Below, in pieces: positions 40,019 through 49,481 of a DNA stretch of 64,000 nucleotides (position 1 is its first letter; every line of letters starts with the position of its first letter). The DNA comes from Candidatus Omnitrophota bacterium. GTDB lineage: Bacteria > CAIJMQ01. The DNA is taken from assembly GCA_018812925.1 (NCBI GenBank), contig JAHJCU010000004.1, positions 101,621 through 165,620 on the forward strand, given 5' to 3'. A program made the position numbers and the translations under genes. The notes under the pieces were generated by a model that saw only the letters and a program-made list of their open reading frames with translations, was not told where the DNA came from and did not search any database.

Positions 40019-41162
40019 AGAAACGAACATTATTGAAAAAGGCGGTAATTTCTATTGGTATTTCTGGCATTCAGGAAATAAAGACCGAAAGCAAGCATTA
40101 GACAATATATTGTTTTTCTTTCTGAAGTGTTTGGTACCTATTTATTATGCCATGTTTTTCTTGCATCGCTGTATAAAGAGAAAAAACGCGCCCCAAAAAG
40201 CTCCTGTCATAAGTGTAGGCAATTTAACATTAGGCGGAACCGGAAAGACTCCTTGTGTGGAATTTCTTATTAAAAAATTTTTGGAGAAAAAAAGGAGAGT
40301 CGGATTGCTGACCAAAGGATATGCAAGAGAAAATAAAGACAGTAAAAAAATTGTTTTTTCCCAAACCAAAGAAGATATTGCTGTCAAAGACATCGGAGAT
40401 GAACCATATCTTTTGTCAAAACACTTTCCGTCAATTCCCATTTTTATTTCCCGTCATAGAGCAAAAAGTTTTTTAGACGCCGAAAAAAAACGAGAATGCG
40501 ACGTATTTATAATGGACGACGGCTTCCAATATCCGCATATTGACAAGGACTTAGAAATTCTTCTTATAAACAAAACAAACCCTTTCGGCAACGGTTTTGT
40601 TTTCCCTGCAGGTTTCCTAAGAGAACCAATTAACTCCATTAAAAGAGCAGACTTAATAATTTTGACTCATGCCGATGAGTGTGTTATATCATCTGATGAA
40701 TGCGAAAATTCAAAAAACGTGTATTCTGTGCTATCCCAAAAAGCTCCAAGAATTCCGATTTTAGAAAGCATTCATGAACCGCTATATTTCCAAGATTATA
40801 TCTCAGATAAAAAATATCAAGCCGAAGAACTTCTAAATAAACGGTTTTTATCGCTTGCTTCTTTAGCTGACCCGCTCTCTTTTGAAGAATCTCTTAAAAA
40901 ATTAAGGCTTAATCCCGTTAAAAAAGTGCGCTTCCCCGACCATTACCCTTATAAATCCGAAAATATAGAATGGGTGTCTTCTCTTGCCACAAAAGAAAAT
41001 ATTGATTTTATTATAACCACTGAAAAGGATTGCGTTAGATTTCCAAAAGGGCCTAAATTTTCAATCCCTGTTTTATATTTAATTATAAATTTTAAAATAA
41101 TTAAATCAGAAGAAGTTATTGATGATATGATTAACAAAGTTTTGGAGAAATATAAAATATGA
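40002..41162 (+). CDS. lpxK: Tetraacyldisaccharide 4'-kinase
   Basis: P-loop VISVGNLTLGGTGKTP. Confidence 0.8.
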   Translation: MKMRNKETNIIEKGGNFYWYFWHSGNKDRKQALDNILFFFLKCLVPIYYAMFFLHRCIKRKNAPQKAPVISVGNLTLGGTGKTPCVEFLIKKFLEKKRRVGLLTKGYARENKDSKKIVFSQTKEDIAVKDIGDEPYLLSKHFPSIPIFISRHRAKSFLDAEKKRECDVFIMDDGFQYPHIDKDLEILLINKTNPFGNGFVFPAGFLREPINSIKRADLIILTHADECVISSDECENSKNVYSVLSQKAPRIPILESIHEPLYFQDYISDKKYQAEELLNKRFLSLASLADPLSFEESLKKLRLNPVKKVRFPDHYPYKSENIEWVSSLATKENIDFIITTEKDCVRFPKGPKFSIPVLYLIINFKIIKSEEVIDDMINKVLEKYKI

Positions 41163-41788
41163 AACTTAAAAAAGGGATATTGGTTACTTTCGAAGGAGGA
41201 GAGGGTTGCGGCAAATCCACTCATGTCAATCTGCTTAAAGATTATCTTGAAGATAAAGGATTTAAAGTTCTTGTGATTAGAGAACCCGGCGGCACAAAAA
41301 CAGGAGAAAAATTACGCAAGATACTGCTTGAAGGAAAGAGTAAAATATCTTCTTTAACCGAACTATTCCTTTTCCTTGCCTCCCGCAGAGAACTTATTAT
41401 TAAAGTTATTGAACCTGCTTTAAAGCAAAATAAAATCATAATCTGCGACCGTTTCATAGATTCTACAGTTGCTTATCAAGGATATGCCAGAGGCATAAAT
41501 ATCGAACTTGTTTCGAAATTGAATGATTTGGTGGTTGGCAAAAAAGCATTGCCTGATATTACGTTTATTCTCGACACTAATAAACATTTGGGATTTAAGT
41601 CGAAAGGCGAAGATAGGATAGAGGTAGAAGATAAATCTTTCCATAAAAGAGTACGAGAAGGATACCTTGAAATTGCTCAAAAAGCTTCAAGTAGAGTCAA
41701 AGTAATTAATGTAGATGATAAAATTGTAGATATTCAGAAGAAAATCAGAATAATAGTGAATGAATCCCTAACGAAATTTAAGGTTTAA
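41159..41788 (+). CDS. tmk: Thymidylate kinase
   Basis: P-loop FEGGEGCGKST; DRF motif. Confidence 0.9.
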   Translation: MKLKKGILVTFEGGEGCGKSTHVNLLKDYLEDKGFKVLVIREPGGTKTGEKLRKILLEGKSKISSLTELFLFLASRRELIIKVIEPALKQNKIIICDRFIDSTVAYQGYARGINIELVSKLNDLVVGKKALPDITFILDTNKHLGFKSKGEDRIEVEDKSFHKRVREGYLEIAQKASSRVKVINVDDKIVDIQKKIRIIVNESLTKFKV

Positions 41789-41831
41789 GATAAGAGATTT
41801 TTAAATTTTTAACGAAAACCGAGTGTAAAAA

Positions 41832-42956
41832 ATGTCTTTCAACGATATTGTTAATCAGGAAATAGCCAAAAAAGTCTTGAAGTCCGCAATAAAAGAGAAC
41901 AAGGTTCATCATTCTTATCTTTTCTTCGGACCTGAAGGCTGCGGGAAAAAAGATACTGCTTTGGAGTTTATAAAAGTCTTGAATTGTCTTGACAAAAAAA
42001 ACGATGAAGCCTGCGACAGTTGCTCTTCTTGCAAGAAAAGCATCAAAAATGTCCATCCCGACGTGATGTGGGTATCTGCGTCCGGAGCCAAACAAGTAAT
42101 CGGGATAAATGCAATAAGACAATTAGAACATTTTACTCAACTCAAATCTCTTGAAGTAAAATATAAGATTGCCCTGATAGAAAGACCGGAAAAATTAACA
42201 AAAGAAGCGGGAAATTGTTTTTTGAAAACACTGGAAGAACCGCCGAGGAATGTTATTATAATTTTATTAACAGCTTTCCCGGATAAGATTCTGCCCACCA
42301 TTGTATCCCGTTGTCAAAAGATTAAATTTCTTGCCCTAAATCCTAAGGAAGGTATAGAGATATTAAAGAAGAAATTTAATCTGGAAGAAAATCAAGCTCA
42401 CATGTTATATTTTGTTTGTTCCGGTAAGACAAAATGGATACAGTTATGGATAGAAGCGGCTCTTTGGAACTTAAGAGACGAAATTTTTGATGTTTTCATA
42501 AATATATTCTCAAAAGAAAAACGAGATTATACTGCGCCTTTAAAGCTGGCTGATTCTATGATGGAAATGGTGTCAAATTTTACTGATAAGGTTAAAAAAG
42601 AAAAACAGGATAGCATAAATGAATTTAAGGAAAATTTATCTTCTTCGCAAATAAAAAATATTAAAGCTTTTAAGCAAGCGGAGACGGAAGAATTAAAAAA
42701 AGAGTTGATAAAGATAATTTTTTCCGTTATAAAAAGTTTTTATGCGGATATTTTTTCTATAAGTTGCGAAACAGGATTTATAATAAATCTAGACAAGGAA
42801 ATTTCCCTTAAGCGGAAAACCGTAAATTTTTCGCATTCGTATTTGAATAATGCAATAAAGGAGATTGAAAATAGCAACACCCTTTTGGATTTAGGGGCAA
42901 ACTTACAACTGATTTTTCAGGTTTTATGTATCAATTTGTTTTGTGGCGAAAAATAA
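41832..42956 (+). CDS. holB: DNA polymerase III subunit delta-prime
   Basis: AAA+ motif FFGPEGCGKKD, zinc-module cysteines, SRC motif. Confidence 0.8.
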   Translation: MSFNDIVNQEIAKKVLKSAIKENKVHHSYLFFGPEGCGKKDTALEFIKVLNCLDKKNDEACDSCSSCKKSIKNVHPDVMWVSASGAKQVIGINAIRQLEHFTQLKSLEVKYKIALIERPEKLTKEAGNCFLKTLEEPPRNVIIILLTAFPDKILPTIVSRCQKIKFLALNPKEGIEILKKKFNLEENQAHMLYFVCSGKTKWIQLWIEAALWNLRDEIFDVFINIFSKEKRDYTAPLKLADSMMEMVSNFTDKVKKEKQDSINEFKENLSSSQIKNIKAFKQAETEELKKELIKIIFSVIKSFYADIFSISCETGFIINLDKEISLKRKTVNFSHSYLNNAIKEIENSNTLLDLGANLQLIFQVLCINLFCGEK

Positions 42957-43040
42957 GATGTTAATTTTTAGTTTTTAGTTTTTTTTCGCAGGATACTATA
43001 TAATTGAGATAATTGAGCTTAATAAAAACGGAGTCAGAAA

Positions 43041-43736
43041 ATGTTGAAATTAGTGCATTTAAAATTTGATAAAGAAGAAGGCAATAGCTGGTTCAGGTCT
43101 TCTTTGTCACAACATCATCTCGGACAGTTATGCGTTGCCGAGACAAAAGATGGGTTTACGGTTGGGAAAGTGGATGCAGTATCGGAAGTTACAAACAGCA
43201 AAATAGCAAGCAAAGTCAAGCCTATTTTAAGAGAAGCTACAAAAGACGATATCAGAAAGATGGAAGCGGGCATAAGGAAAGAAAGACATGCCATTTCGGT
43301 CTTTCAAAACAGAATTCAAAAATATAAACTTCCCATGAAATTGGTAGGCATAGAATCCCACTTTTCCGCAAAAAAAATAACTTTTTATTTTACTTCTCAA
43401 GAAAGAGTGGATTTTGCCGCTTTAGTGAAAGATTTAGCACGAGCTTTTAAATGCCGCATTGAGCTTAGACAGATAGGAGATAGAGAAAAAAGCAAAAGAA
43501 TTGGAGGATATGGTCCATGTGGAAGATTGTTATGTTGCCAAAGCTTCCTTAAAAATTTTGAACCTGTAACAATGAAGATGGCCAAAGAGCAGGAACTGCC
43601 TTTAGATTCTTCAAAACTTGGCGGCATGTGCGGCAAACTACTTTGTTGTTTGAGATACGAACTACCCTTCTATCGGGAAAAGAAAAATAAAACCACAAAA
43701 ACCCCGGACTCTGATACCATATCAAAGCCCGGGTAA
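43041..43736 (+). CDS. PSP1 domain protein (YaaT/RicT-like)
   Basis: Cys-rich region CGRLLCCQSF ... CGKLLCC; conserved position after holB. Confidence 0.65.
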   Translation: MLKLVHLKFDKEEGNSWFRSSLSQHHLGQLCVAETKDGFTVGKVDAVSEVTNSKIASKVKPILREATKDDIRKMEAGIRKERHAISVFQNRIQKYKLPMKLVGIESHFSAKKITFYFTSQERVDFAALVKDLARAFKCRIELRQIGDREKSKRIGGYGPCGRLLCCQSFLKNFEPVTMKMAKEQELPLDSSKLGGMCGKLLCCLRYELPFYREKKNKTTKTPDSDTISKPG

Positions 43737-43783
43737 GATTATATCTGTCAAAAACTCTAAATTTCTATAAAAGGGGTATTATT

Positions 43784-44161
43784 TTAGATTATCGCCCCTT
43801 CTTCCTTTAAAGGCACTGCTTGTTTTGTGGTTTTACATATTAATCTACTACCTCTTATTTCATATTTTATCTCTTCAAAGTCAAAATCATCCGGTAAAAG
43901 CGTAATTGACCTTATCTCTTTTATAGGAATAAGCATTCCTTTAGATTCTTCCTGAACAGTTTCGGCTATTTCCTTTGGTTGGTCAACATAAAAATTCTTT
44001 CCCTCTACAAAGAAACAGTTTTCTTTTATAGAATCGGGCAAAAACCCTTCAGAAGGAAAAGATTTTATTTCCCCTATAATTATTCTGCGATATGTAGTTG
44101 ATCCAGCGCTTCCTTCATCTACTTTAAGCCTTATTTTTGCTTTCATTTTCGGATTGGTCAC
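43784..44161 (-). CDS. Hypothetical protein
   Basis: 125-aa ORF downstream of the Lys/Glu-rich gene; no motif recognised. Confidence 0.4.
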   Translation of the reverse strand: MTNPKMKAKIRLKVDEGSAGSTTYRRIIIGEIKSFPSEGFLPDSIKENCFFVEGKNFYVDQPKEIAETVQEESKGMLIPIKEIRSITLLPDDFDFEEIKYEIRGSRLICKTTKQAVPLKEEGAII

Positions 44162-44202
44162 CTCCCCTATTTTTTAAATTTTATAACTCTACGAATGTTT
44201 TT

Positions 44203-44607
44203 CTACTTTTTATCTTCAGCTTTTGGTTTCTCAACTGGCTTAACTTCTTCTTTTTTGGGCTCTTCTGCCTTCTTTTCTTCCTTAGTTTCTTCTATCTTTT
44301 TTTCTTCTTTCGCAGGTTCAGTTTTCACTTCTTCCTTTACAGACTCGGCTTTCTTCTCTTCTTTCACAGGTTTAGCTTTCTTGTCTTTTCTCTTCTTTGC
44401 CTGCCCACCTGCTAAGATTGCATCCATTCTTTGTTTTTTGGCAACTATTTTTTTCCATTTTCTGCGCATTTTCTTGAGCTGTTTCTTCATCTTCCGTAAA
44501 GCTTTTTTAGCTTCGTCTGTAACTGTCTTTTCTTTTTTGATTTTCTGAACTTCTTTCTTTACGATTTGAATCTGCTTTTTTAATTCTTCCATTGACTCTT
44601 CCTTCAT
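44203..44607 (-). CDS. Lysine/glutamate-rich low-complexity protein (possible histone H1-like or nucleoid-associated protein)
   Basis: N-terminal basic helix then KEEKK-type repeats; start overlaps the def stop, suggesting co-translation. Confidence 0.5.
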   Translation of the reverse strand: MKEESMEELKKQIQIVKKEVQKIKKEKTVTDEAKKALRKMKKQLKKMRRKWKKIVAKKQRMDAILAGGQAKKRKDKKAKPVKEEKKAESVKEEVKTEPAKEEKKIEETKEEKKAEEPKKEEVKPVEKPKAEDKK

Positions 44608-45107
44608 TATAACCTCCTTAATTTTTTCAACTGTTGTTTTACTAACACTTCACTTACAGGCGAAGTGTAATCTATTATTAATACACCATTCAAATGGTCA
44701 ATTTCATGCTGTAGGATTCTAGCTGTTAGTCCTTCAGCCTCAATTATAACAGGTTCCCATTTTTCATTCCTGCCTTCTACCGAAATATATTCAGCTCTTT
44801 TTACGTCAACATAGATATCGGGTAAAGATAGACAACCTTCTTTTGCTTCTTCTTCTCCCTCTTTTTTAAGAATTACAGGGTTAATTAACTTTATTATATC
44901 TTCATCATTTCTGACTACGATTATTTGCTTACCTATACCTATTTGAGGAGCAGCCAACCCTATGCCTTCGTTTGCAAACATAACATCTATCATTGTTTCT
45001 ATTATGCGAAGGCCATCTTCCTTTATTTCTTTGACTTCAGAGGCTTTTTTTCTTAATATAGGCTCTCCGTATATCTTAATCGATAAATTCTCTGTTTTAT
45101 TTTCCAT
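44607..45107 (-). CDS. def: Peptide deformylase
   Basis: GIGLAAPQIG, EGCLSLP and HEIDHLNG metal-site motifs. Confidence 0.9.
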   Translation of the reverse strand: MENKTENLSIKIYGEPILRKKASEVKEIKEDGLRIIETMIDVMFANEGIGLAAPQIGIGKQIIVVRNDEDIIKLINPVILKKEGEEEAKEGCLSLPDIYVDVKRAEYISVEGRNEKWEPVIIEAEGLTARILQHEIDHLNGVLIIDYTSPVSEVLVKQQLKKLRRL

Positions 45108-46371
45108 ATTTAAACCAATCCGCTACTATTTTTATGGCACAGTACTCTCCGCACATAGTACATATACCTTCTTCCGAAGTTGGTTTGCTCTCACTTCTCA
45201 CTCTTCTTGCCGTAGCCGGGTTTATAGATAAACATATCTGTTGCTCCCAATTTCTATCTTTCCTGTATTTAGTCATCTCATTATCCCACCCTCTTGCGCC
45301 CTTTACTTCTTTGGATATATCACCCGCATGCGCGGCAATACGCGCTCCGATTACTCCCAATTTTACATCATCCAGAGTCGGCAGTCTCAAATGTTCAGAA
45401 GGAGTAACATAACATATAAAATCAGCGCCGCAACTTGATGCCACGGCAGCGCCTATACTGGCAGTTATATGGTCGTAACCCATACCTATATCCGTAACAA
45501 GAGGTCCAAGCACATAAAAAGGAGCATTGTGGCAAATCTTTTTTTCCAGTAGGACATTAGCTTCTATTTCGTTTAAAGGCATATGTCCAGGGCCTTCTAT
45601 CATGACTTGGACACCTTCAGCTCTTGCTCTTTGAGTAAGTTCTCCAAGGGTCAAGAGCTCCTGAATTTGGGCTCTATCTGTAGAATCAGCTATGCTTCCC
45701 GGCCTTAATCCGTCACCCAGAGAAAGAACCGCATCGTATTTTTTTACCAATTTCAAAAGTCGGTCGAAATTCTCGTATAAAGGATTTTCTTTCTTATTTG
45801 CAATCATCCATGTCGCATGAAATGCTCCGCCGCGGGAAACTATATCCAGTGCTCTGCCTTCCTCTTTTAAACATTTAAGCACCTTCTGCGTAACGCCGCA
45901 GTGAACCGTGACAAAATCGACTCCGTCTTTTAAGTGTTTTTCTATCACTTCAAAGATTTTGTCCTCCCCCATCTTCACGAGTCCGCCCTTTTCTTTTATG
46001 GTTTCCACCACTGCTTGATAAATGGGGACAGTTCCAAGAGGAATAGTACAGTTTTTTAAGATTTCTTTTCTTATTAAATCTAAATCCCCTGCAGTAGAAA
46101 GATCCATTACAGCGTCTGCGCCTGCTTCTACGGCTATTTTAAGTTTCTTAAGTTCAAAGTCTATGTCGTTTCTTTCGGGAGAAGTTCCTATATTTGCGTT
46201 GACTTTTGTTCTTAACCCTTTGCCTATTCCCACCGGAATAACATTGCTGCGCTTTTTATTTTTTAGGATTACGATTTCGCCTTTTTTAAATCTTTCTTCA
46301 AGGATTTTCAAGTCGATTTTTTCTATTTCAGATATTTTTTTCAGCGTTTCCATGACGGGAAATGGTATCAT
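45097..46371 (-). CDS. thiC: Phosphomethylpyrimidine synthase
   Basis: C-terminal CTMCGEYC cluster motif; NANIGTS region. Confidence 0.9.
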   Translation of the reverse strand: MIPFPVMETLKKISEIEKIDLKILEERFKKGEIVILKNKKRSNVIPVGIGKGLRTKVNANIGTSPERNDIDFELKKLKIAVEAGADAVMDLSTAGDLDLIRKEILKNCTIPLGTVPIYQAVVETIKEKGGLVKMGEDKIFEVIEKHLKDGVDFVTVHCGVTQKVLKCLKEEGRALDIVSRGGAFHATWMIANKKENPLYENFDRLLKLVKKYDAVLSLGDGLRPGSIADSTDRAQIQELLTLGELTQRARAEGVQVMIEGPGHMPLNEIEANVLLEKKICHNAPFYVLGPLVTDIGMGYDHITASIGAAVASSCGADFICYVTPSEHLRLPTLDDVKLGVIGARIAAHAGDISKEVKGARGWDNEMTKYRKDRNWEQQICLSINPATARRVRSESKPTSEEGICTMCGEYCAIKIVADWFKYGK

Positions 46372-46424
46372 AATATAGGGGTATTTTCAATAAAATAAGA
46401 TTGAGGTTTGAAGTACAAAAAACC

Positions 46425-47291
46425 CTATGAAAATTTATAACTTAACAGCTTATAAATCAGTTTTGCGGCAAGAAAATCAGGTGCTTTATTCGTGGAAGGA
46501 CACAGTTCAACTACATCAGTACCTACTATATTTCGTTTACTTGAGACCATTTCCAGTAAATCCGTCACCTGTTCCCAATTAAGTCCTCCGGGTTCAGGTG
46601 TGCCCGTAGATGGCATTATGCTCGGGTCGAAAACATCCAAATCGATGCTCACATAGACATTTTTAGAGAGTTTGTTGGTTACTTTCCTAATCCATCCTTT
46701 AGATTTAAAGATTTCTGAAGCGTAAAACATCTTATTTCTATCGATATTTTTTAATTCAGAAGAATCCATACTTCTTATCCCAACAGAGATGATTTTATCT
46801 GTGATTTCTCTTGCTCTTGCCATAACACAGGCATGGTTATACTTACTTCCTTCGTATGTGTCTCTTCGGTCGGAATGCGCATCTAAATGTAATATAGACA
46901 TATCGGGGGAAAATTCAAAGTGCGCTTTAATCGGAGCCATTGAAATAGAGTGTTCTCCGCCCACAGTTACCACAAATTTTTTGTCTTTTAGAAAACTCCT
47001 GACTTTTTTATAAGTCTGATTAAGCATTGAAACCGAATCTTTGGCGATAACTGCTTTTTCAGTGAATATTCCCATTTTATAGACCTGCGAATCAGTCTCA
47101 ATATCATAAAGTTCCATATTTTGGGAAGCTTCAATAATCGCTTCAGGCCCTTTATCCGAACCTTTAAGCCAGGAAGTGGTTTTATCAAAGGGCACGGGCA
47201 GAATAACTATTTTTGATTTGCCGTAACTTGAAAATTCTTCTGCAAGTCCACAAAAATTATCAGCCCCATTAGAAATTTTATCTTTCAACAT
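46425..47291 (-). CDS. speB: Agmatinase (arginase family)
   Basis: HLDAHSD and SIDLDVFDP manganese-site motifs. Confidence 0.8.
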   Translation of the reverse strand: MLKDKISNGADNFCGLAEEFSSYGKSKIVILPVPFDKTTSWLKGSDKGPEAIIEASQNMELYDIETDSQVYKMGIFTEKAVIAKDSVSMLNQTYKKVRSFLKDKKFVVTVGGEHSISMAPIKAHFEFSPDMSILHLDAHSDRRDTYEGSKYNHACVMARAREITDKIISVGIRSMDSSELKNIDRNKMFYASEIFKSKGWIRKVTNKLSKNVYVSIDLDVFDPSIMPSTGTPEPGGLNWEQVTDLLEMVSSKRNIVGTDVVELCPSTNKAPDFLAAKLIYKLLSYKFS

Positions 47292-47369
47292 AATGCTTTA
47301 TTTTGTTTTGTTAGTTCCCCCGCTCTTCTAATTTCTAACGGGGTGAGAGTTTTATCAGAAATGGTTTCC

Positions 47370-47924
47370 TTATTCAGGAATGAACACTGCCGCAGAAATC
47401 ACCGTAGTCCATAGGCCGTCTTTATTAGCTTCAGCAGATTGGCAGATATGCGTTGTTTTGAATATGTGTCCGCTTGCTTTATATATCTGTTCTCTTTCTT
47501 CCCACGCTTTATCGGAATCAAAAGGAATACCCAGAGTTGTCGCTAACATTGTAGCAGCCAAATCTTCTGCGTAATCGCCCGTTTTTTGCGCTATTGTTCC
47601 AAACGCATGATGTTCGGACAAATACCCGTAACTTTCATCGCCTTTTGGTATGGCAACGCCGATTGCGGCAGAAACCAACCTATTGGGTTCGTTTGTTTCG
47701 TTTTTTGCCATCACGCAATATGTTATCTGTCCCGGTTTTAGAAACGACAAACCTTCATCTTTCGATATCATTTTACAATTGGGCGGTAAGATGCTTGATA
47801 CATAAACAAGATTGAACTTTTCTATTCCCGCATTTCTTAAAGAAAGCTCAAACGATGCTAATTTATCTTTATGAATTCCTACTCCTTTAGTCAAAAACAC
47901 TTTCGCTGGCACCACAATACTCAT
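47370..47924 (-). CDS. pdaD: Pyruvoyl-dependent arginine decarboxylase
   Basis: 184 aa; PdaD-type N-terminus with FLTKGVG and the YVSSILPP self-cleavage region. Confidence 0.8.
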   Translation of the reverse strand: MSIVVPAKVFLTKGVGIHKDKLASFELSLRNAGIEKFNLVYVSSILPPNCKMISKDEGLSFLKPGQITYCVMAKNETNEPNRLVSAAIGVAIPKGDESYGYLSEHHAFGTIAQKTGDYAEDLAATMLATTLGIPFDSDKAWEEREQIYKASGHIFKTTHICQSAEANKDGLWTTVISAAVFIPE

Positions 47925-48036
47925 TTTTTACAATCTCCTTTCAAGTATTACTTTTCACAATCGTTATTAATTTTATTTCCTAATTACATTTATAACTAAT
48001 CTATTGCCAGATTGCAAGTTTTCTGAAAAATATTTT

Positions 48037-48081
48037 AATTGTCACGACTGCCCGCTTCGCAAGCATGCGGGCGTGACAATT
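48037..48081. repeat. GC-rich palindromic element, copy A
   Basis: AATTGTCACG-ACTGCCCGCTTCGCAAGCATGCGGGCG-TGACAATT; the inner 26-nt core matches the reverse complement of 54087-54114 at 25 of 26 positions. Confidence 0.55.
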
Positions 48082-48178
48082 ATCCCGCAGAGTATCGGAA
48101 AAATATCAAACCCTCTGGAATTTGAAAAATTGCGAGGACCAAAGTCCCGAATTTCTCAGAAGAAATTTTTCCGATGTC

Positions 48179-48814
48179 TTACGTTGCGGGATTAATCAAC
48201 TTGTTAAAAATTTCTGCGCTTAAATTATTATAATTATCTATGACAATATCTGCACTTTTTAGAAAATCTCTTTTATGAGTAGAGCTTACTCCAATACACT
48301 TCATCCCTGCTTTCTTTGCTCCTTCAACTCCAACCGGAGCATCTTCTACAACAATGCATCCGGAGGGCGAAACGCCTAATTTTTTACTTGCAAGAAGAAA
48401 AATGTCGGGATGGGGTTTACTGTGCTGAACTTGATTGCCATATACAAGAGCCGAGAAAAATTCTTTTAATCCGCATTCTTCGGTTATGAGTCCTACGTTC
48501 TCCGGAGTACCGCTACTTGCCACAGCCATTTTAAACCCATCTGCTTTTAGCAAGTTCAATAAGTCAATCAAACCATCAAAGGGTTTTATATACCCCTTTG
48601 CAAATTTGCGAAAAAGAATTCCTTTTTCATCGCTTATCTTTATAATTTCTTCCTTAGTATAACTGCCTCTAATAACCATGGGGATAATTTTGTCATCTCT
48701 CATACCAAAGAAATGAGTAAACTCTTCCCAGGAAAGGTTCACACCTCTTGCTTTAAAGATTTGTTCCCACGCACGATAATGAAACTGGGATGTATCGGCT
48801 AAAACACCATCCAT
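48179..48814 (-). CDS. HAD family hydrolase (beta-phosphoglucomutase-like)
   Basis: N-terminal DGVLADT motif I and the remaining HAD motifs. Confidence 0.75.
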   Translation of the reverse strand: MDGVLADTSQFHYRAWEQIFKARGVNLSWEEFTHFFGMRDDKIIPMVIRGSYTKEEIIKISDEKGILFRKFAKGYIKPFDGLIDLLNLLKADGFKMAVASSGTPENVGLITEECGLKEFFSALVYGNQVQHSKPHPDIFLLASKKLGVSPSGCIVVEDAPVGVEGAKKAGMKCIGVSSTHKRDFLKSADIVIDNYNNLSAEIFNKLINPAT

Positions 48815-48839
48815 ATCCCAGATTACACCTTTAGATATT

Positions 48840-49310
48840 TTATATCCAATAGGGAAAGCAATTACTTGTCACAATCGTCCAAGTAACCATATACGTTAAT
48901 GCCCACAATCCCAGAATTGCGCCTACAGTAAGAAGTAACAACTCGAATAAAAATTCTCCTGACTTGGATAATAGTTGCAACGTTTTTAGGAGTGACCTGA
49001 ATGAAAAAACACTAATCACACCAATTACAAGAAGGAATATAGAAAAGATGATAGAAAGGTAGTCATAGGGTAAACCATAGATAATTGAAATAATAAGGAT
49101 AAATCCAGCTAACCCCGCGAAAAAACAAACAACAGGCGATACCAACATTCCAAACCAAGCCAAGATAAACAGAGGTAATGCTGCAATAAAAACTAAAATA
49201 TAAATCTTTTTTCTCTTACTCTGAAGTAGAAACAGGTTCAAAATATCTACAAGAAGTGACCTGATGTGTATATTTTTACTAAAGATTCGCATTTCGTTTA
49301 ACCTTTGCAT
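48840..49310 (-). CDS. Hypothetical membrane protein
   Basis: 156 aa with four predicted TM helices. Confidence 0.35.
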   Translation of the reverse strand: MQRLNEMRIFSKNIHIRSLLVDILNLFLLQSKRKKIYILVFIAALPLFILAWFGMLVSPVVCFFAGLAGFILIISIIYGLPYDYLSIIFSIFLLVIGVISVFSFRSLLKTLQLLSKSGEFLFELLLLTVGAILGLWALTYMVTWTIVTSNCFPYWI

Positions 49311-49481
49311 GTTATTGCTATCTTCCTTCCAACTCTACCTTCATTTTCTCCAAAGGCAAATTTAATTATAGAAGTAAAAACCTTAATATGTCAAAATCTC
49401 ATACGCAAAATTATTTGACAGAAAAACAGATATTATGTAAAACTACCGTCTTTCGTATAAATTAAAACCTTAAAGAAAATC

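Noticed and set aside
44137-44548. Plus-strand ORFs 44137..44415 and 44195..44548 encoding Phe/Ser/Leu-rich low-complexity peptides
   Set aside because: They are the antisense reading of the Lys/Glu-rich repeat gene on the minus strand (AAG/GAA repeats read as CTT/TTC); the minus-strand gene has an operon context with def.
46372-46424. Expected TPP riboswitch (THI-box) upstream of thiC
   Set aside because: Only 53 bp separate thiC from speB, too short for a THI element. A CUGAGA hexamer in the pdaD upstream region (about 48150) is not accompanied by the other conserved THI-box blocks. An Infernal scan would be needed to be sure none exists.
48140-48172. Plus-strand small RNA ending at the AATTTCT-CAGA-AGAAATT hairpin plus TTTTT
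   Set aside because: The same palindrome serves equally as a minus-strand hairpin 12 nt after the HAD hydrolase stop, so a bidirectional terminator of the HAD gene is the simpler explanation; no convincing plus-strand promoter was found.
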